Below, piece by piece: positions 27,268 through 37,058 of a stretch of DNA of 64,000 nucleotides; positions within the stretch are counted from its first letter, which is position 1; each line of letters begins with the position of its first letter. The DNA is from a virus. The translations under genes were made by a program, and so were the position numbers. Under the pieces are notes generated by a model, which made no database searches, was not told the DNA's origin, and worked only from the letters and a program-made list of their open reading frames with translations. Location of the stretch: positions 1 through 64,000 of IMG/VR virus record IMGVR_UViG_3300012953_000013; one strand, given 5' to 3'.

Positions 27268-28578
27268 TTATCTATCTTCAGGGCTGCAATATCTGTCATG
27301 AAGATTCGCGAAATATGCAGCTGTTAAAGCTCCAGCAGAAGTACCTGTCAATAAATTGATTATGCTTCTCTCTTCTCTTGGTATATCTATTACGTTTGCC
27401 GGCCTAAACTGGTGTATTGAATCTAATAAAGCAGCTACATAAGACACTTCATCAACAGCTGCAGCACCTCCGCCAGAAACACAGCACGAAATTCCTTCGT
27501 GGCCCATCCGCACTAAATCTTCATCTGAAAATAACCTTGGAACATTATTTTCGGGATCCCCGATATGAATTCTATTCCAAGCCTGATTATATGATTCTTC
27601 AAAAATGTCGTGAGTGGTATCATAATCATACTTATTGAAAGCTTTCCAGTCTGGATATTTTCTATTGTTTTTTTCTTCTAATACCTTACGAGTTTTTCCA
27701 GCATCTATTGCCATAACCGTAGGAAGATAAAATTCTTCTTGGCCATTTTCATCTTCAATTTTCATATAAAAATTCTGCATTATCTGCTGTTTGTCTGCAG
27801 TAGAATCTGTAAATAAAAACATGCAAGCTTTAACTAACTGATATCCCACCCCAACAAAACCTTTCCATTGAGCCCACCGAAAACCATCTTCAAATTTAAT
27901 TTCTTTAGCTTTTTTCACTGGATAAACTGAGATTATTATCTTGTTTTTATCTACTGTAGCAGCAACTGCACCACAATTTGTAGTAACAGCACCGTCAGTG
28001 ACCCAAAGACCGTTACCACCAAGCATTCCTTGCAGACCTTTTCCAGTTATCTGCCAAGCGCGCTTTTCGTCTCCGTGTCCTTGAAAGTTAAAGATGCCGC
28101 AAGAATTACGGCACGATTCTAAAACTTCGGGATCTAATGGAAGAAGAAGTGGTACGTTAAAGAAGTTGAATGGGATTGCAGAAGACTGGGATGTTAAAAC
28201 CCAGATCGGAGTTATCGGATCATAACGATAGTTATCATGTGGCATCATTTCAGGCCGAAGAACATTTTTTGGTATTTGATCTATTGGAACATTATACGAA
28301 ATAACACTTTGGTCTGTTGTCGGTATATAGGCAGTTATAGCTATCGGAGTTTTAAGATCTCCGCCCTTAAGTTCAGGGTCAAATAATTTCTTAAAAAGCT
28401 TTGACGAATCATATATACCATTTTCTATGGGAACGTTAAAGCCCCAAATTTTAATCTTAGCTAAAGCTATTTTCCACCAAGGTAAATGACACCCATCTGG
28501 CAACATATGCGCGAGTATTGGCATCGAGCTCGCCACCATTTTTTTAAAAGGTTTTTCTTCTATTATAAAATCTTCCAT
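27268..28578 (-). CDS. Patatin-like phospholipase, circularly permuted
   Basis: SAIP (aa 133-136) and DGA (aa 195-197) precede SGGGA (aa 368-372) and GTSAG (aa 412-416). Confidence 0.7.
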   Translation of the reverse strand: MEDFIIEEKPFKKMVASSMPILAHMLPDGCHLPWWKIALAKIKIWGFNVPIENGIYDSSKLFKKLFDPELKGGDLKTPIAITAYIPTTDQSVISYNVPIDQIPKNVLRPEMMPHDNYRYDPITPIWVLTSQSSAIPFNFFNVPLLLPLDPEVLESCRNSCGIFNFQGHGDEKRAWQITGKGLQGMLGGNGLWVTDGAVTTNCGAVAATVDKNKIIISVYPVKKAKEIKFEDGFRWAQWKGFVGVGYQLVKACMFLFTDSTADKQQIMQNFYMKIEDENGQEEFYLPTVMAIDAGKTRKVLEEKNNRKYPDWKAFNKYDYDTTHDIFEESYNQAWNRIHIGDPENNVPRLFSDEDLVRMGHEGISCCVSGGGAAAVDEVSYVAALLDSIHQFRPANVIDIPREERSIINLLTGTSAGALTAAYFANLHDRYCSPEDR

Positions 28579-28639
28579 CGCTTCTCCCGCCTATCTATTA
28601 CTAAGTATATTAAAAATTAGTGCGATTGGCAAAAGAGTT

Positions 28640-28831
28640 TTATTTTAAGCTCACTATGCTTAAGTCTGATATTTCATACCATTTTGGCTCTTTAGAGACA
28701 ATGACTAGAGCTACATGCTCCCATCTCATACCAGACATTTCTGCTACTTCTCTTACTCCAGATTTCACTACAATGCCAATACCGTCTGGAGTATTAACTA
28801 GAATTCCGGGAGCTAATTCGGAATATTTCAT
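28640..28831 (-). CDS. Small GDLV-like (SH3-type) protein
   Basis: LAPGILVNTPDGIGIVV. Confidence 0.65.
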   Translation of the reverse strand: MKYSELAPGILVNTPDGIGIVVKSGVREVAEMSGMRWEHVALVIVSKEPKWYEISDLSIVSLK

Positions 28832-29099
28832 TGGAAGAATACCAGTTTATTTTGCCGTTTATCAAGACACTTAATAACGCTAACGAAGATAAGTATTCCT
28901 CAGGATAATCTTCATTACAAGAATTGACCTCAACAATTACACCGTACCCAGTTTCAAACATATTATCTGAATAACAACTGGTGTAAGAATATAAAGAGTT
29001 ATAGTGGTTAGAGACATAAACAATATCTCCAACCTTAAATAGAAATTCTTCTAAATTATTCCCTGATCCAACTAGCATATGTATCCATACATAATCCAA
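28794..29099 (-). CDS. Small GDLV protein (start uncertain)
   Basis: FKVGDIVYV. Confidence 0.6.
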   Translation of the reverse strand: MDYVWIHMLVGSGNNLEEFLFKVGDIVYVSNHYNSLYSYTSCYSDNMFETGYGVIVEVNSCNEDYPEEYLSSLALLSVLINGKINWYSSNEIFRISSRNSS

Positions 29100-29298
29100 T
29101 CATAGAAATAGCTTCCATCTTATCTCTTTGTTCTTCTGTCGCTTGATGCCAATTGATGCCAGATTCTTCCATATCATCTAATATTTCTTCGACATTGTCA
29201 ACAGCTTTAGACAACGTTAAAGCATAAGAATTAATTTTCTTTTCAATTTTTTCGTACTGGAGATTCTCTCTTGCTTTGCTTAAATCTATTAACTTCAT
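29056..29298 (-). CDS. Coiled-coil hypothetical protein
   Basis: 80 aa. Confidence 0.7.
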   Translation of the reverse strand: MKLIDLSKARENLQYEKIEKKINSYALTLSKAVDNVEEILDDMEESGINWHQATEEQRDKMEAISMIGLCMDTYASWIRE

Positions 29299-30329
29299 TT
29301 ATTCCTACTTAAAATATGAGTGCTACTTTCATAAGCGCCGGCCGAAGTTTGGCCAACAAAGCAGCTAGTTGCTTGAAACATTGGAATAGAAGTGCAGCCA
29401 GAATAAGAAAGCCCGCTTCTAATACCGGTACAGAGCTCTTCTAAAACTCCGGAAACGTGGCCCTTAAACGGAACAGTCGAAGTTACGCCCTCAACTGAAG
29501 CTGTATGCCCTCGCCAGTTAATTTGAGCATCTTTGCTAGCCATTCCCCTATATACCTTATATCTCTCGCCATTCCTAGACCTAACATCCCCAGGGGACTC
29601 AGAAGTTCCCGCCAACAAAGACCCAAGCATAACAAAATCTGCTCCAGCAGCAATAGCCTTGACTATATCTCCGCTGTTTTTTATACCGCCATCAGCAATA
29701 ATTGGAACTTCTCCAGCCAATTCAGAGCTCGAGCAATCCATAACTGATTGTAGGGTCGGCATACCATGACCGGTTTGGATTCTCGTAGAGCAAATAGACC
29801 CACCGCCTATTCCCACCCTAACCGAACTTGCACCCCACTCAGCCAAGTCTTCGTACCCTTCTCGAGTAGCTACATTTCCAGCCATTATGTGAATATCATA
29901 TCCAAAAGTATTTCGAAGATTTTTTAAAGCTTGGCGCATAAGTGCGTGGTGTCCATGAGCGATATCAACACAAATTATCTCTGCTCCAGCATCAAGACAT
30001 TTTCTAGATCTTTCTAGCATGTCATCCCCAACACCAACTGCAAATCCCACTTTAATAGAATTAGAATTTTTGCTGCTTCCCACAACGCTCTCTACGAGTG
30101 AAGCTTGCACGTCTGGAGAATTGTACCTATGAATAATGCCCAATCCTCCAAGTTCCGATATTTTTACAGCCATATCAGCTTCAGTAACCGTATCCATTGG
30201 AGAAGAAATAATCGGGAGTTGATATCGAGTATTTCCCAATTTGCTTGATATGTCTATTTCTTTTCGAGAAAAGACTTCGCTGTATTTTGGTACTAGCAAA
30301 ACATCATCAAAACTCAAACAGTTCTTCAT
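29295..30329 (-). CDS. guaB: IMP dehydrogenase / GMP reductase family, lacking CBS domains
   Basis: [46 protein letters not shown]; GMP reductase activity cannot be excluded. Confidence 0.85.
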   Translation of the reverse strand: MKNCLSFDDVLLVPKYSEVFSRKEIDISSKLGNTRYQLPIISSPMDTVTEADMAVKISELGGLGIIHRYNSPDVQASLVESVVGSSKNSNSIKVGFAVGVGDDMLERSRKCLDAGAEIICVDIAHGHHALMRQALKNLRNTFGYDIHIMAGNVATREGYEDLAEWGASSVRVGIGGGSICSTRIQTGHGMPTLQSVMDCSSSELAGEVPIIADGGIKNSGDIVKAIAAGADFVMLGSLLAGTSESPGDVRSRNGERYKVYRGMASKDAQINWRGHTASVEGVTSTVPFKGHVSGVLEELCTGIRSGLSYSGCTSIPMFQATSCFVGQTSAGAYESSTHILSRNK

Positions 30330-30397
30330 TTATAATCCCTTTAAAAGTCTATGATTAATAATATTCTGGTTATGCAAAGAGTACAATATTTAGTTAA

Positions 30398-30643
30398 ATG
30401 TTGGAAGATATTCACATAGGAGATGTTGTTAAGCTAAAAGGCCGGTATAAAGACGCGGGCAACATTGGCTTAGTGATCGACATTAACAAATCAGAATGGA
30501 TTGCTAAAAAAAGCGGATGGGTCTCATTTGACTTTGTTATCTTGAATGAAAGAGGAGAAATCATGAATGTTTCTGGTAGTTGTGTATCAGAGATAATAAA
30601 CTCTAATCAATCTCCATCGACTTGGCTTCCTGCAGGCTGTTAG
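30398..30643 (+). CDS. Small GDLV protein
   Basis: IHIGDVVKL. Confidence 0.7.
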   Translation: MLEDIHIGDVVKLKGRYKDAGNIGLVIDINKSEWIAKKSGWVSFDFVILNERGEIMNVSGSCVSEIINSNQSPSTWLPAGC

Positions 30644-31256
30644 TCATATTTATTATGCTATCCATACCAAGCTTCCTTGGTTTTCTGATTACTAAGGATA
30701 GCTTAAGAGTATCTTTGTTTGGCATTGAAGCGTTGAGTTCCATAACCTTGACTTTCTTTCTCTCCAGCATTTCTTTAATTTCATTTATTATTCCCGGGCG
30801 ATCATCCAAGGTTACTTTTAACGTGTGTGTCTTATAAGAAGTTAAAAATAGACCTTCAATCTTGTTAATTATCGTTAGAATAATAAAAACCGTCGCTGTG
30901 GTTATAGATGCCAGTTCATAATAGCCACTACCACATGCGATCCCTATTATAGCAGTTGTCCACAGAGAGCTAGCTGTGGTTAATCCTTTAATCGTCAACC
31001 CAGCCCTTAAAATGGCACCTGCACCAAGAAACCCAACTCCACTCACAACCTGCGCAACAATTCTCCCAGGATCAGAAGGTAAGTTTGGACTTGATATAAA
31101 TTGCGAATAATAAATAGAAATAATTGCTGCTAAAGCTGCACCAACAGCAAGAATCATATGAGTTCTTAATCCAGCTGGTTGCCCGTTAATTTCTCTTTCT
31201 AAACCTATTAAAGAACCGAGACCAGCAGCAACAAATATTCCGTATGGAATCTCCAT
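30603..31256 (-). CDS. MgtC/SapB family membrane protein with C-terminal ACT-like domain
   Basis: IGLERE, AGLRTH, DPGRIVAQVVSGVGFLGAG, GLTTASSLW. Confidence 0.9.
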   Translation of the reverse strand: MEIPYGIFVAAGLGSLIGLEREINGQPAGLRTHMILAVGAALAAIISIYYSQFISSPNLPSDPGRIVAQVVSGVGFLGAGAILRAGLTIKGLTTASSLWTTAIIGIACGSGYYELASITTATVFIILTIINKIEGLFLTSYKTHTLKVTLDDRPGIINEIKEMLERKKVKVMELNASMPNKDTLKLSLVIRKPRKLGMDSIINMTNSLQEAKSMEID

Positions 31257-31281
31257 TATTTACTCCTGCTAAAACTTGAAT

Positions 31282-31358
31282 TGGCTGGGGCAGCTGGATT
31301 CGAACCAGCAACGGCCGGGGTAACAACCCGGTGCACCTGCCTATGGCGCTTCACCCCA
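31282..31358 (-). tRNA. tRNA-Asn(GTT), atypical second copy
   Basis: Full cloverleaf, loop TTGTTAC, CCA; A at position 8 and two G-U pairs in the acceptor stem. Confidence 0.8.
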
Positions 31359-31362
31359 AGCA

Positions 31363-31438
31363 TGGAGCCATCGATAGGATTCGAACCTACGACCTGCTGA
31401 TTACAAATCAGCTGCTCTGCCAACTGAGCTACGATGGC
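31363..31438 (-). tRNA. tRNA-Thr(TGT)
   Basis: Cloverleaf, loop TTTGTAA, CCA. Confidence 0.95.
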
Positions 31439-31439
31439 A

Positions 31440-31871
31440 TTACTCTTCCAATTCAACAATCTCAATAGTAAAATTCAACCTTTGACCAGCAAGCGGATGA
31501 TTGAAGTCTAGAGTTACATTCTCATCAGACTGCTCTACAATTTTTGCAATAAAAGGGAGGCCATTCGGAGCTTTGCCCTGAATAGAGCCGCCTATTGTAA
31601 ACTCAAAATGTTCTGGAAACTGGCTTCTTGGAATTACTTGAACCGCTTCAGGGTTTGTTTCTCCATAACCGTGTTCTGGATCGATGTAAAACTCTTTAGT
31701 TCCACCAACTTCCAAACCAACGCATGCAGCGTCAAATCCTGGAATCATTTCTCCAGAACCAACTTCAAAAGAAATCGGGTCTCGACCTCGAGAATTATCA
31801 AATTCTGTTCCATCGTCAAGAGTTCCTGCGTAGTGGACTTTAATTTTGTTGCCTTTTTGTACTGTCGTCAT
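31440..31871 (-). CDS. FKBP-type peptidyl-prolyl isomerase (SlyD/SlpA type)
   Basis: VHYAGTLDDGTEFD, GSGEMIPGFD, PEHGYG, LDFNHPLAG. Confidence 0.92.
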   Translation of the reverse strand: MTTVQKGNKIKVHYAGTLDDGTEFDNSRGRDPISFEVGSGEMIPGFDAACVGLEVGGTKEFYIDPEHGYGETNPEAVQVIPRSQFPEHFEFTIGGSIQGKAPNGLPFIAKIVEQSDENVTLDFNHPLAGQRLNFTIEIVELEE

Positions 31872-31896
31872 TTTTTATTTCCTTATTGGGTTAAAG

Positions 31897-31972
31897 TGGT
31901 GAGCCGCCCGAGACTCGAACTCGGAACCTGCGGATTAAAAGTCCGATGCTCTGCCTATTGAGCTAGCGGCCC
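31897..31972 (-). tRNA. tRNA-Lys(TTT)
   Basis: Cloverleaf, loop CTTTTAA, CCA. Confidence 0.93.
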
Positions 31973-32051
31973 TAAACATGTTCATACCTGTTTAAGTTTT
32001 TTCCGCTCGGATTTAATCAACATCACCTTGCTATCCTTTCGATATATTAAT

Positions 32052-32678
32052 TTAATCAAAAACTAGGGGATTGTTCAAAACTTTTTTGCGTAAAACTTTT
32101 GGCAATCCAGGATTCACTCTGAGAGCTCTTGGCACGACTTCATGTCGAATATAATTTCTCATGTAAGAATCGTCTAAATTACTAGGGTCTTCAACGTATG
32201 GAACGTTTTTTCTGTCGCACCAATCTTCTAAAACCGCTTTTCTAGTGATAAGAAAGGGTCTCAGGTATCTACCTCTTTGCGAGGGGATAAGCTTTGGATC
32301 TCCGTGAAAAGACGTGAAAAGCCAGGTTTCAACGAGATCATCTAGATGGTGGCACGTAATAATTGGCCTATGAGAACAAAAAGGCATCTCAGCAACCCTG
32401 CTGAAAAAACCATATCTTTGATCTCTCCAAAACTCTTCTGTAGAAACCCCAGGCGGCTGTTTTTCTTCTAAGTCTCCAACAATGCATGGAATATCTTTAG
32501 ACTCGCAATATTCTGCGACAAGATCTTGCGCTTGATTTGAAAATGGAGTTCCGTGATTAAAGTGAAGAACAACTACGTCTTTATTTTTAGAAAGAAAATC
32601 TAAAGCCGCCATAGAATCAGCTCCACCAGAAACCGCAATTGCGATTTTATCTGGAAGCTTCACGGACATTCTAATCAT
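32052..32678 (-). CDS. tilS: tRNA(Ile)-lysidine synthetase, catalytic domain only
   Basis: PP-loop AVSGGADS, HFNHG, RDQRY, CHHLDDLVET, EDPSN, RNYIRH. Confidence 0.85.
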   Translation of the reverse strand: MIRMSVKLPDKIAIAVSGGADSMAALDFLSKNKDVVVLHFNHGTPFSNQAQDLVAEYCESKDIPCIVGDLEEKQPPGVSTEEFWRDQRYGFFSRVAEMPFCSHRPIITCHHLDDLVETWLFTSFHGDPKLIPSQRGRYLRPFLITRKAVLEDWCDRKNVPYVEDPSNLDDSYMRNYIRHEVVPRALRVNPGLPKVLRKKVLNNPLVFD

Positions 32679-33709
32679 TGCGTTGCGACTCTCTTAAGAA
32701 GAGGCGTTACTTGACTAAGAGAACCCTCTTTGTGTTCACGAAGCTCAATGAGGTTAGAGTTTAGTTGGGGGACAATAATCCTGGTCCATTCTATAATATC
32801 TTCAAGCTGTCCTTCTGCAAGATTCTCTACGTCTACTGACTCAGTAAAGTAAAATTCGATAAATTGCATTTTTCGATTTTCTTTCATATAGAAATTACAA
32901 TCAAAATCAACTTCAATATCTTTTTTCAAAACATCTTGATTTCTCTTTAGATACTCAAAGTTCTCAATCACTTTATTTGAATCTTTATCAGAAAGTTTAA
33001 TTTGAACTCTAAAAGACTTTTCGCCTCTTCCATTTTGCCTAAAAGCTGCTTCAATCTTATTGTTTCCTCCGTAGGGAGAAGGCCAATCACAGTGATAATT
33101 TGGGGTACCATGGCCATGAGAGTGACGGCCTTTGGATACACCTGCTCTTGAAAGATGCTCGATCAACTTTGGAAAAAACTCTCCATAAAAAGACTCTTTA
33201 GAAGAAACCATTCTGGAAAGCTGAGCTTTTTTCTTTACTCTAGACAAAGCTTCTTGACTGGCTGGAATTACTTCAAATGTGACAGCTGGAAGTGAATCGT
33301 CAATTTGGTATACCTTGGCTTGAACTCCGATAATGTCAATATCTGGGTGGTCATTTAAAAAGCTTATGAGTCTTTCGTCATCAGAAGAAATGTCTTCAAA
33401 AACCCAAATTGCAATTTTAGCACCAAGAGCAACAGAATAGTGAAGAGTTCTCCATCCATGGCTTGGATCAGCTTTGCCATACTGGTTTTCTACAATCGCC
33501 AAATGTTTACCATTTAGCTCTACTAACATATCTACGTGACGCTGACCGTCTCCTGCCTGAAGTTCAGTGTCCAAACACTCCATCTCGAAACCTAGCGCAT
33601 CTCCCATGACATCCATGTTCTTTGATAGCCATGGCGTAAAATGCTTTTCTTCTAACTGCCAAACACTTTTAAGAGACAGCTCATTAATAGTTCCAAGATT
33701 GATTTTCAT
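32675..33709 (-). CDS. PD-(D/E)xK endonuclease-like protein with DUF4268-like C-terminus
   Basis: FTPWL, VDML...IVENQYG...DPSH pattern. Confidence 0.65.
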   Translation of the reverse strand: MKINLGTINELSLKSVWQLEEKHFTPWLSKNMDVMGDALGFEMECLDTELQAGDGQRHVDMLVELNGKHLAIVENQYGKADPSHGWRTLHYSVALGAKIAIWVFEDISSDDERLISFLNDHPDIDIIGVQAKVYQIDDSLPAVTFEVIPASQEALSRVKKKAQLSRMVSSKESFYGEFFPKLIEHLSRAGVSKGRHSHGHGTPNYHCDWPSPYGGNNKIEAAFRQNGRGEKSFRVQIKLSDKDSNKVIENFEYLKRNQDVLKKDIEVDFDCNFYMKENRKMQFIEFYFTESVDVENLAEGQLEDIIEWTRIIVPQLNSNLIELREHKEGSLSQVTPLLKRVATQ

Positions 33710-33734
33710 TTGTTCTCCCCGAACATTAAGTAAA

Positions 33735-33812
33735 TGGTCGGCTGGCCGGGACTTGAACCCGGAACCCTCTGTTTATGAGACAGACGCTCTGACCTGATTG
33801 AGCTACCAGCCG
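33735..33812 (-). tRNA. tRNA with CAT anticodon (Ile2 or elongator Met)
   Basis: C1-G72 paired and no GGG/CCC anticodon stem, so not initiator; ~1.1 kb upstream of tilS. Confidence 0.9.
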
Positions 33813-33888
33813 GTATTTGTTAATTCCTTACTATTAGATAATAACAACTAATAGTCAATTTTTCATTATTTTTTTTAATGAATTGACA

Positions 33889-36000
33889 TTAATTTTCAGG
33901 AGGTAAGCACAAACCCTCTAAGATTTGAACTAAAGAATTATACATTGAGATTGCGTTATCTGAAAGCTCGAAATAGCTACCGCTTGTCGCATCTGATATT
34001 TCATCCCAACCATAAGATTCGTTGGTTGAGAATGTAAAGATTTTAAGCTGGGGCGTGGCCACAGCGGCTTCAATCACAGTTTGAGTGTTTATTTCTGGAT
34101 CTAAATAGCTTTGCTCTTCTTCATCAGAAAAAACAATTATTATCTTATCGACGCCGGCTCGCCACGATACATCAAACTGGTCCTTTGGTGGGTGAGATTC
34201 TCCGACATCACCAGTCCAGTTAGATTGAGAAACATCTAAGGGGGCATTTCCTGAAATACTGTCGATAGACATATAAATCGCATCTAGTAACATTTCACTA
34301 CTCGTATCCATTCCGTCGTTTCCTAAGCCCGCAAAAGAAGCTAAGAAATCTGGAAATGGCGATATATCAGATATCATAAACAACCGGTCTTCATCGGCTC
34401 CTGGGAGATTTCTTGGTCCAACTATTAATCCCCACTGTACAGCTTCTTCTGCCTCAAAATTAATCGCAAATTGATTAAGAGCAGAGAGAACAGCGTTGAT
34501 TTCTTGATCCATTGATCCAGACCAATCTACTATAAATAAAACATCTGTGTCTGGAATCTCATTGCCCCAGTCTACTACTCCGTCGCAGTCGTCGTCTGCT
34601 CCATTGCAAATTTCGGCTGAAGGCGTCGTTTCTCCGACACATAATCCGGGCTGGAATTGATTTATTCCGTTTGTATTTCCCCAAACTCCTTCTATGCACA
34701 TAAACTCTCCAGAAGAACAGATCCCGACATTTAGAGTTTCTGGTGGACCAGTATAACATTGAGAAAACAAATCTTCATCTATATCCCCGTTACAGTTATC
34801 ATCATAATTATTGCAGTCTTCTTGTTCAAGAGGAATTCCAATAACTGGATCGCAAAATTCATTAGGGTCTTCAGGTAAATAAGCACACATTGCTTGACAA
34901 TCGGTAGTTACTATTTCTTCGCAGCTAGGGTCTACGCAAACGCAAGTTTTATAACCTAAACCACACACCATTGGTGCTTCTAAACAAGGGAAAAAAGCCC
35001 CAAGGTCATCTATACTGCACAGGCACTCTAAGCCCTCATCTATATTTCCGTCGCAGTCATTGTCGAAACCGTCGCACACCTCTTCTTGTGGCTGGTCTGC
35101 TGTACAAGAAATCCAAGAACCACTTGAACAAGTTTCAAAACCTGGGCCGCAAATAGTGTTACATTCTTGAATTAGGTCTTCATCTATAGCGCCATCACAA
35201 TTATTATCAATTCCGTCGCAGATTTCTTCAGGGACTGGGCCGCAAGATCCGCACTCATTTGTTTGACCCTCATCAATTAAGTCATCGCAATCGTTGTCTA
35301 GGTAGTCACAGATTTCTTCTTGGGGTTCAGGGCCAAAACAAATTTCTTCTCCCTGTACACAAACAGCATTTCCAGAACCGCACTCGTTTTCGCATGGGGT
35401 TACCCCCAGATCTTCGTCTACTACGCCGTCACAGTCGTCATCCGACCCATTGCAGACTTCTGGACTGCAGGGTTGGCATGGGCCGTGAAAGAGTTGCCCT
35501 TTGTTACACCAAATCTGTTGTTTTCCAAAAGTGCCATCTTCTAATTCACAGTCATACCATTCTATAAAATCTGCTGGGGCTAAAGGATTACACTCAAAAG
35601 CTAATTCACATTCTCCTTGACTTAATATCTCAGGAGGCGGGCATCCGTCATCTTGTCCATAAATACATGCATTGTTGTTCTCGTCACAGACATCGACCAA
35701 GACAGTCATAGTTCTTATGGAGTTATCTGGTGTTGGAGGGCAATACCATTGTTGGGATTTGCAGCATTGAGGGTTACAAGCGCACCAGCCTGAATGAGAA
35801 TTCGATTCAACTGAATCACATGGATCAACTTCTACATCTGGAACGTCTGGAACTCCTATTTCTAAAATAGGGATATCAGCATCAGGGTAAACATGCAGTC
35901 GTGGGCCTTCGTCAAAATCGCCCTCTCCGTTGCGTTGATCTGAGCACGACCAAATCAATGGGAGCGCGATCAGAATTAATCTGGTCCAGCGCATCGCCAT
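33889..36000 (-). CDS. Lipoprotein with six MopE-type (ExCDGxDNDCDGxxDE) repeats and a C-terminal vWA domain
   Basis: LIWSC lipobox; six repeats; MIDAS DWSGS and IIVFSDE. Confidence 0.85.
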   Translation of the reverse strand: MAMRWTRLILIALPLIWSCSDQRNGEGDFDEGPRLHVYPDADIPILEIGVPDVPDVEVDPCDSVESNSHSGWCACNPQCCKSQQWYCPPTPDNSIRTMTVLVDVCDENNNACIYGQDDGCPPPEILSQGECELAFECNPLAPADFIEWYDCELEDGTFGKQQIWCNKGQLFHGPCQPCSPEVCNGSDDDCDGVVDEDLGVTPCENECGSGNAVCVQGEEICFGPEPQEEICDYLDNDCDDLIDEGQTNECGSCGPVPEEICDGIDNNCDGAIDEDLIQECNTICGPGFETCSSGSWISCTADQPQEEVCDGFDNDCDGNIDEGLECLCSIDDLGAFFPCLEAPMVCGLGYKTCVCVDPSCEEIVTTDCQAMCAYLPEDPNEFCDPVIGIPLEQEDCNNYDDNCNGDIDEDLFSQCYTGPPETLNVGICSSGEFMCIEGVWGNTNGINQFQPGLCVGETTPSAEICNGADDDCDGVVDWGNEIPDTDVLFIVDWSGSMDQEINAVLSALNQFAINFEAEEAVQWGLIVGPRNLPGADEDRLFMISDISPFPDFLASFAGLGNDGMDTSSEMLLDAIYMSIDSISGNAPLDVSQSNWTGDVGESHPPKDQFDVSWRAGVDKIIIVFSDEEEQSYLDPEINTQTVIEAAVATPQLKIFTFSTNESYGWDEISDATSGSYFELSDNAISMYNSLVQILEGLCLPPEN

Positions 36001-36069
36001 ATTTTTAAGTATATGATTTTTTTAAAGACTTGAAAATATTTTTTCACTCGTGATACTATATTTAAAAAT

Positions 36070-36465
36070 ATGAGTATAGAATCAATAGGCAATCAAGCCA
36101 CAACATGGGGTGTAGGAGCGATCAAATCTTCAGCTGCTCTAGGCACCGAAAAATCTGAAGAACAAACTATAAACAAGATACAAGAAAATGAAAATAAAGC
36201 TGTAAGCAACGATAAAGTATCTAAAATACAGCAAGAATTTACTTCTTTAAGTACTCAAGATTTTGTATCTCTAAGACAGCAATTTTCTCAAGGCTCTTTC
36301 GAAATTTTAGATGAAGTTATTTCTGATATGAAAGAAGATACTGAAAACGTCGGGAAAGCTATAGAAGCTATATCAGAACTCATTAAGAAAACTTCTAAAG
36401 ACCATATTGGTTTAATGGTTTTAGAAAAAACTCTTGAAGCTCTAAAAGAAAACGAACCAAAATAA
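36070..36465 (+). CDS. Helical hypothetical protein
   Basis: 131 aa; divergent promoter region; followed by terminator. Confidence 0.7.
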   Translation: MSIESIGNQATTWGVGAIKSSAALGTEKSEEQTINKIQENENKAVSNDKVSKIQQEFTSLSTQDFVSLRQQFSQGSFEILDEVISDMKEDTENVGKAIEAISELIKKTSKDHIGLMVLEKTLEALKENEPK

Positions 36466-36493
36466 AAAAGCGCGGGGGATAAACCCCCGCGCT
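36464..36493. terminator. Terminator between convergent genes
   Basis: 10 bp stem AGCGCGGGGG/CCCCCGCGCT. Confidence 0.8.
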
Positions 36494-36516
36494 GTCAAAT
36501 TATTTCACTTAACTAT

Positions 36517-36786
36517 TTACTGAACGTTAGTACCAGCATCGACTTCGTCATTAACGTCTTGAACCTCTGTAGCAGCATTTTCCGTATTAACAGTATTTGT
36601 TGTAACAGAATTTACTTGGGTCGTCTCAACATTATCGACAGGGGCCGAAGCAGTATTTACTTCTTCAGTTTCTGAAACTGCTGGATTGTAGTTATACACT
36701 CCATACGCTCCAAAAGCTACGAGCCCAGTGAAAATTGCGAGCTGCAACTTTTTTTCAGCCCACACGGTCTTAAACCAATTAAACAT
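36517..36786 (-). CDS. Membrane-anchored T/N/V-rich protein
   Basis: One TM helix and a low-complexity tail; AGGAG RBS. Confidence 0.75.
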   Translation of the reverse strand: MFNWFKTVWAEKKLQLAIFTGLVAFGAYGVYNYNPAVSETEEVNTASAPVDNVETTQVNSVTTNTVNTENAATEVQDVNDEVDAGTNVQ

Positions 36787-36847
36787 ATCAAATAACTCCT
36801 AGTTGATTGTAGGCATCTATAAACCCATGCCTTCCTGCGGTTTACGA

Positions 36848-36988
36848 TTACTCTTCTACTGAAGAATCTTCGCTAGAGCCAGAATCTGCTACCTCTGCTG
36901 AATCTGACGCTGTATCTTCTTCTTTGTCGCCGCATGCAGCTAAAAGCAAACCAGCAACTGAAAGAAAAACCAAACTGCGAATTAACAT
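36848..36988 (-). CDS. 46-aa acidic lipoprotein
   Basis: Translated by hand: MLIRSLVFLSVAGLLLAAC-GDKEEDTASDS...; AAGGAG RBS. Confidence 0.75.
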   Translation of the reverse strand: MLIRSLVFLSVAGLLLAACGDKEEDTASDSAEVADSGSSEDSSVEE

Positions 36989-37030
36989 AAAGTCTCCTTC
37001 ACTCGGTAAGAGTGGATTATTCGCTCAAAC

Positions 37031-37058
37031 AAAAAAGGCACTCCAAAGGAGTGCCTTT
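37031..37058 (-). terminator. Intrinsic terminator ending the large ncRNA
   Basis: AAAGGCACTCC-aaa-GGAGTGCCTTT with U6 on the minus strand. Confidence 0.85.

Noticed and set aside
31256-31465. 69-aa ORF
   Set aside because: It lies entirely over tRNA-Asn and tRNA-Thr
36848-36988. Suspected frameshift in the small lipoprotein gene
   Set aside because: A recount of the T-run (five T) shows the ORF is in frame
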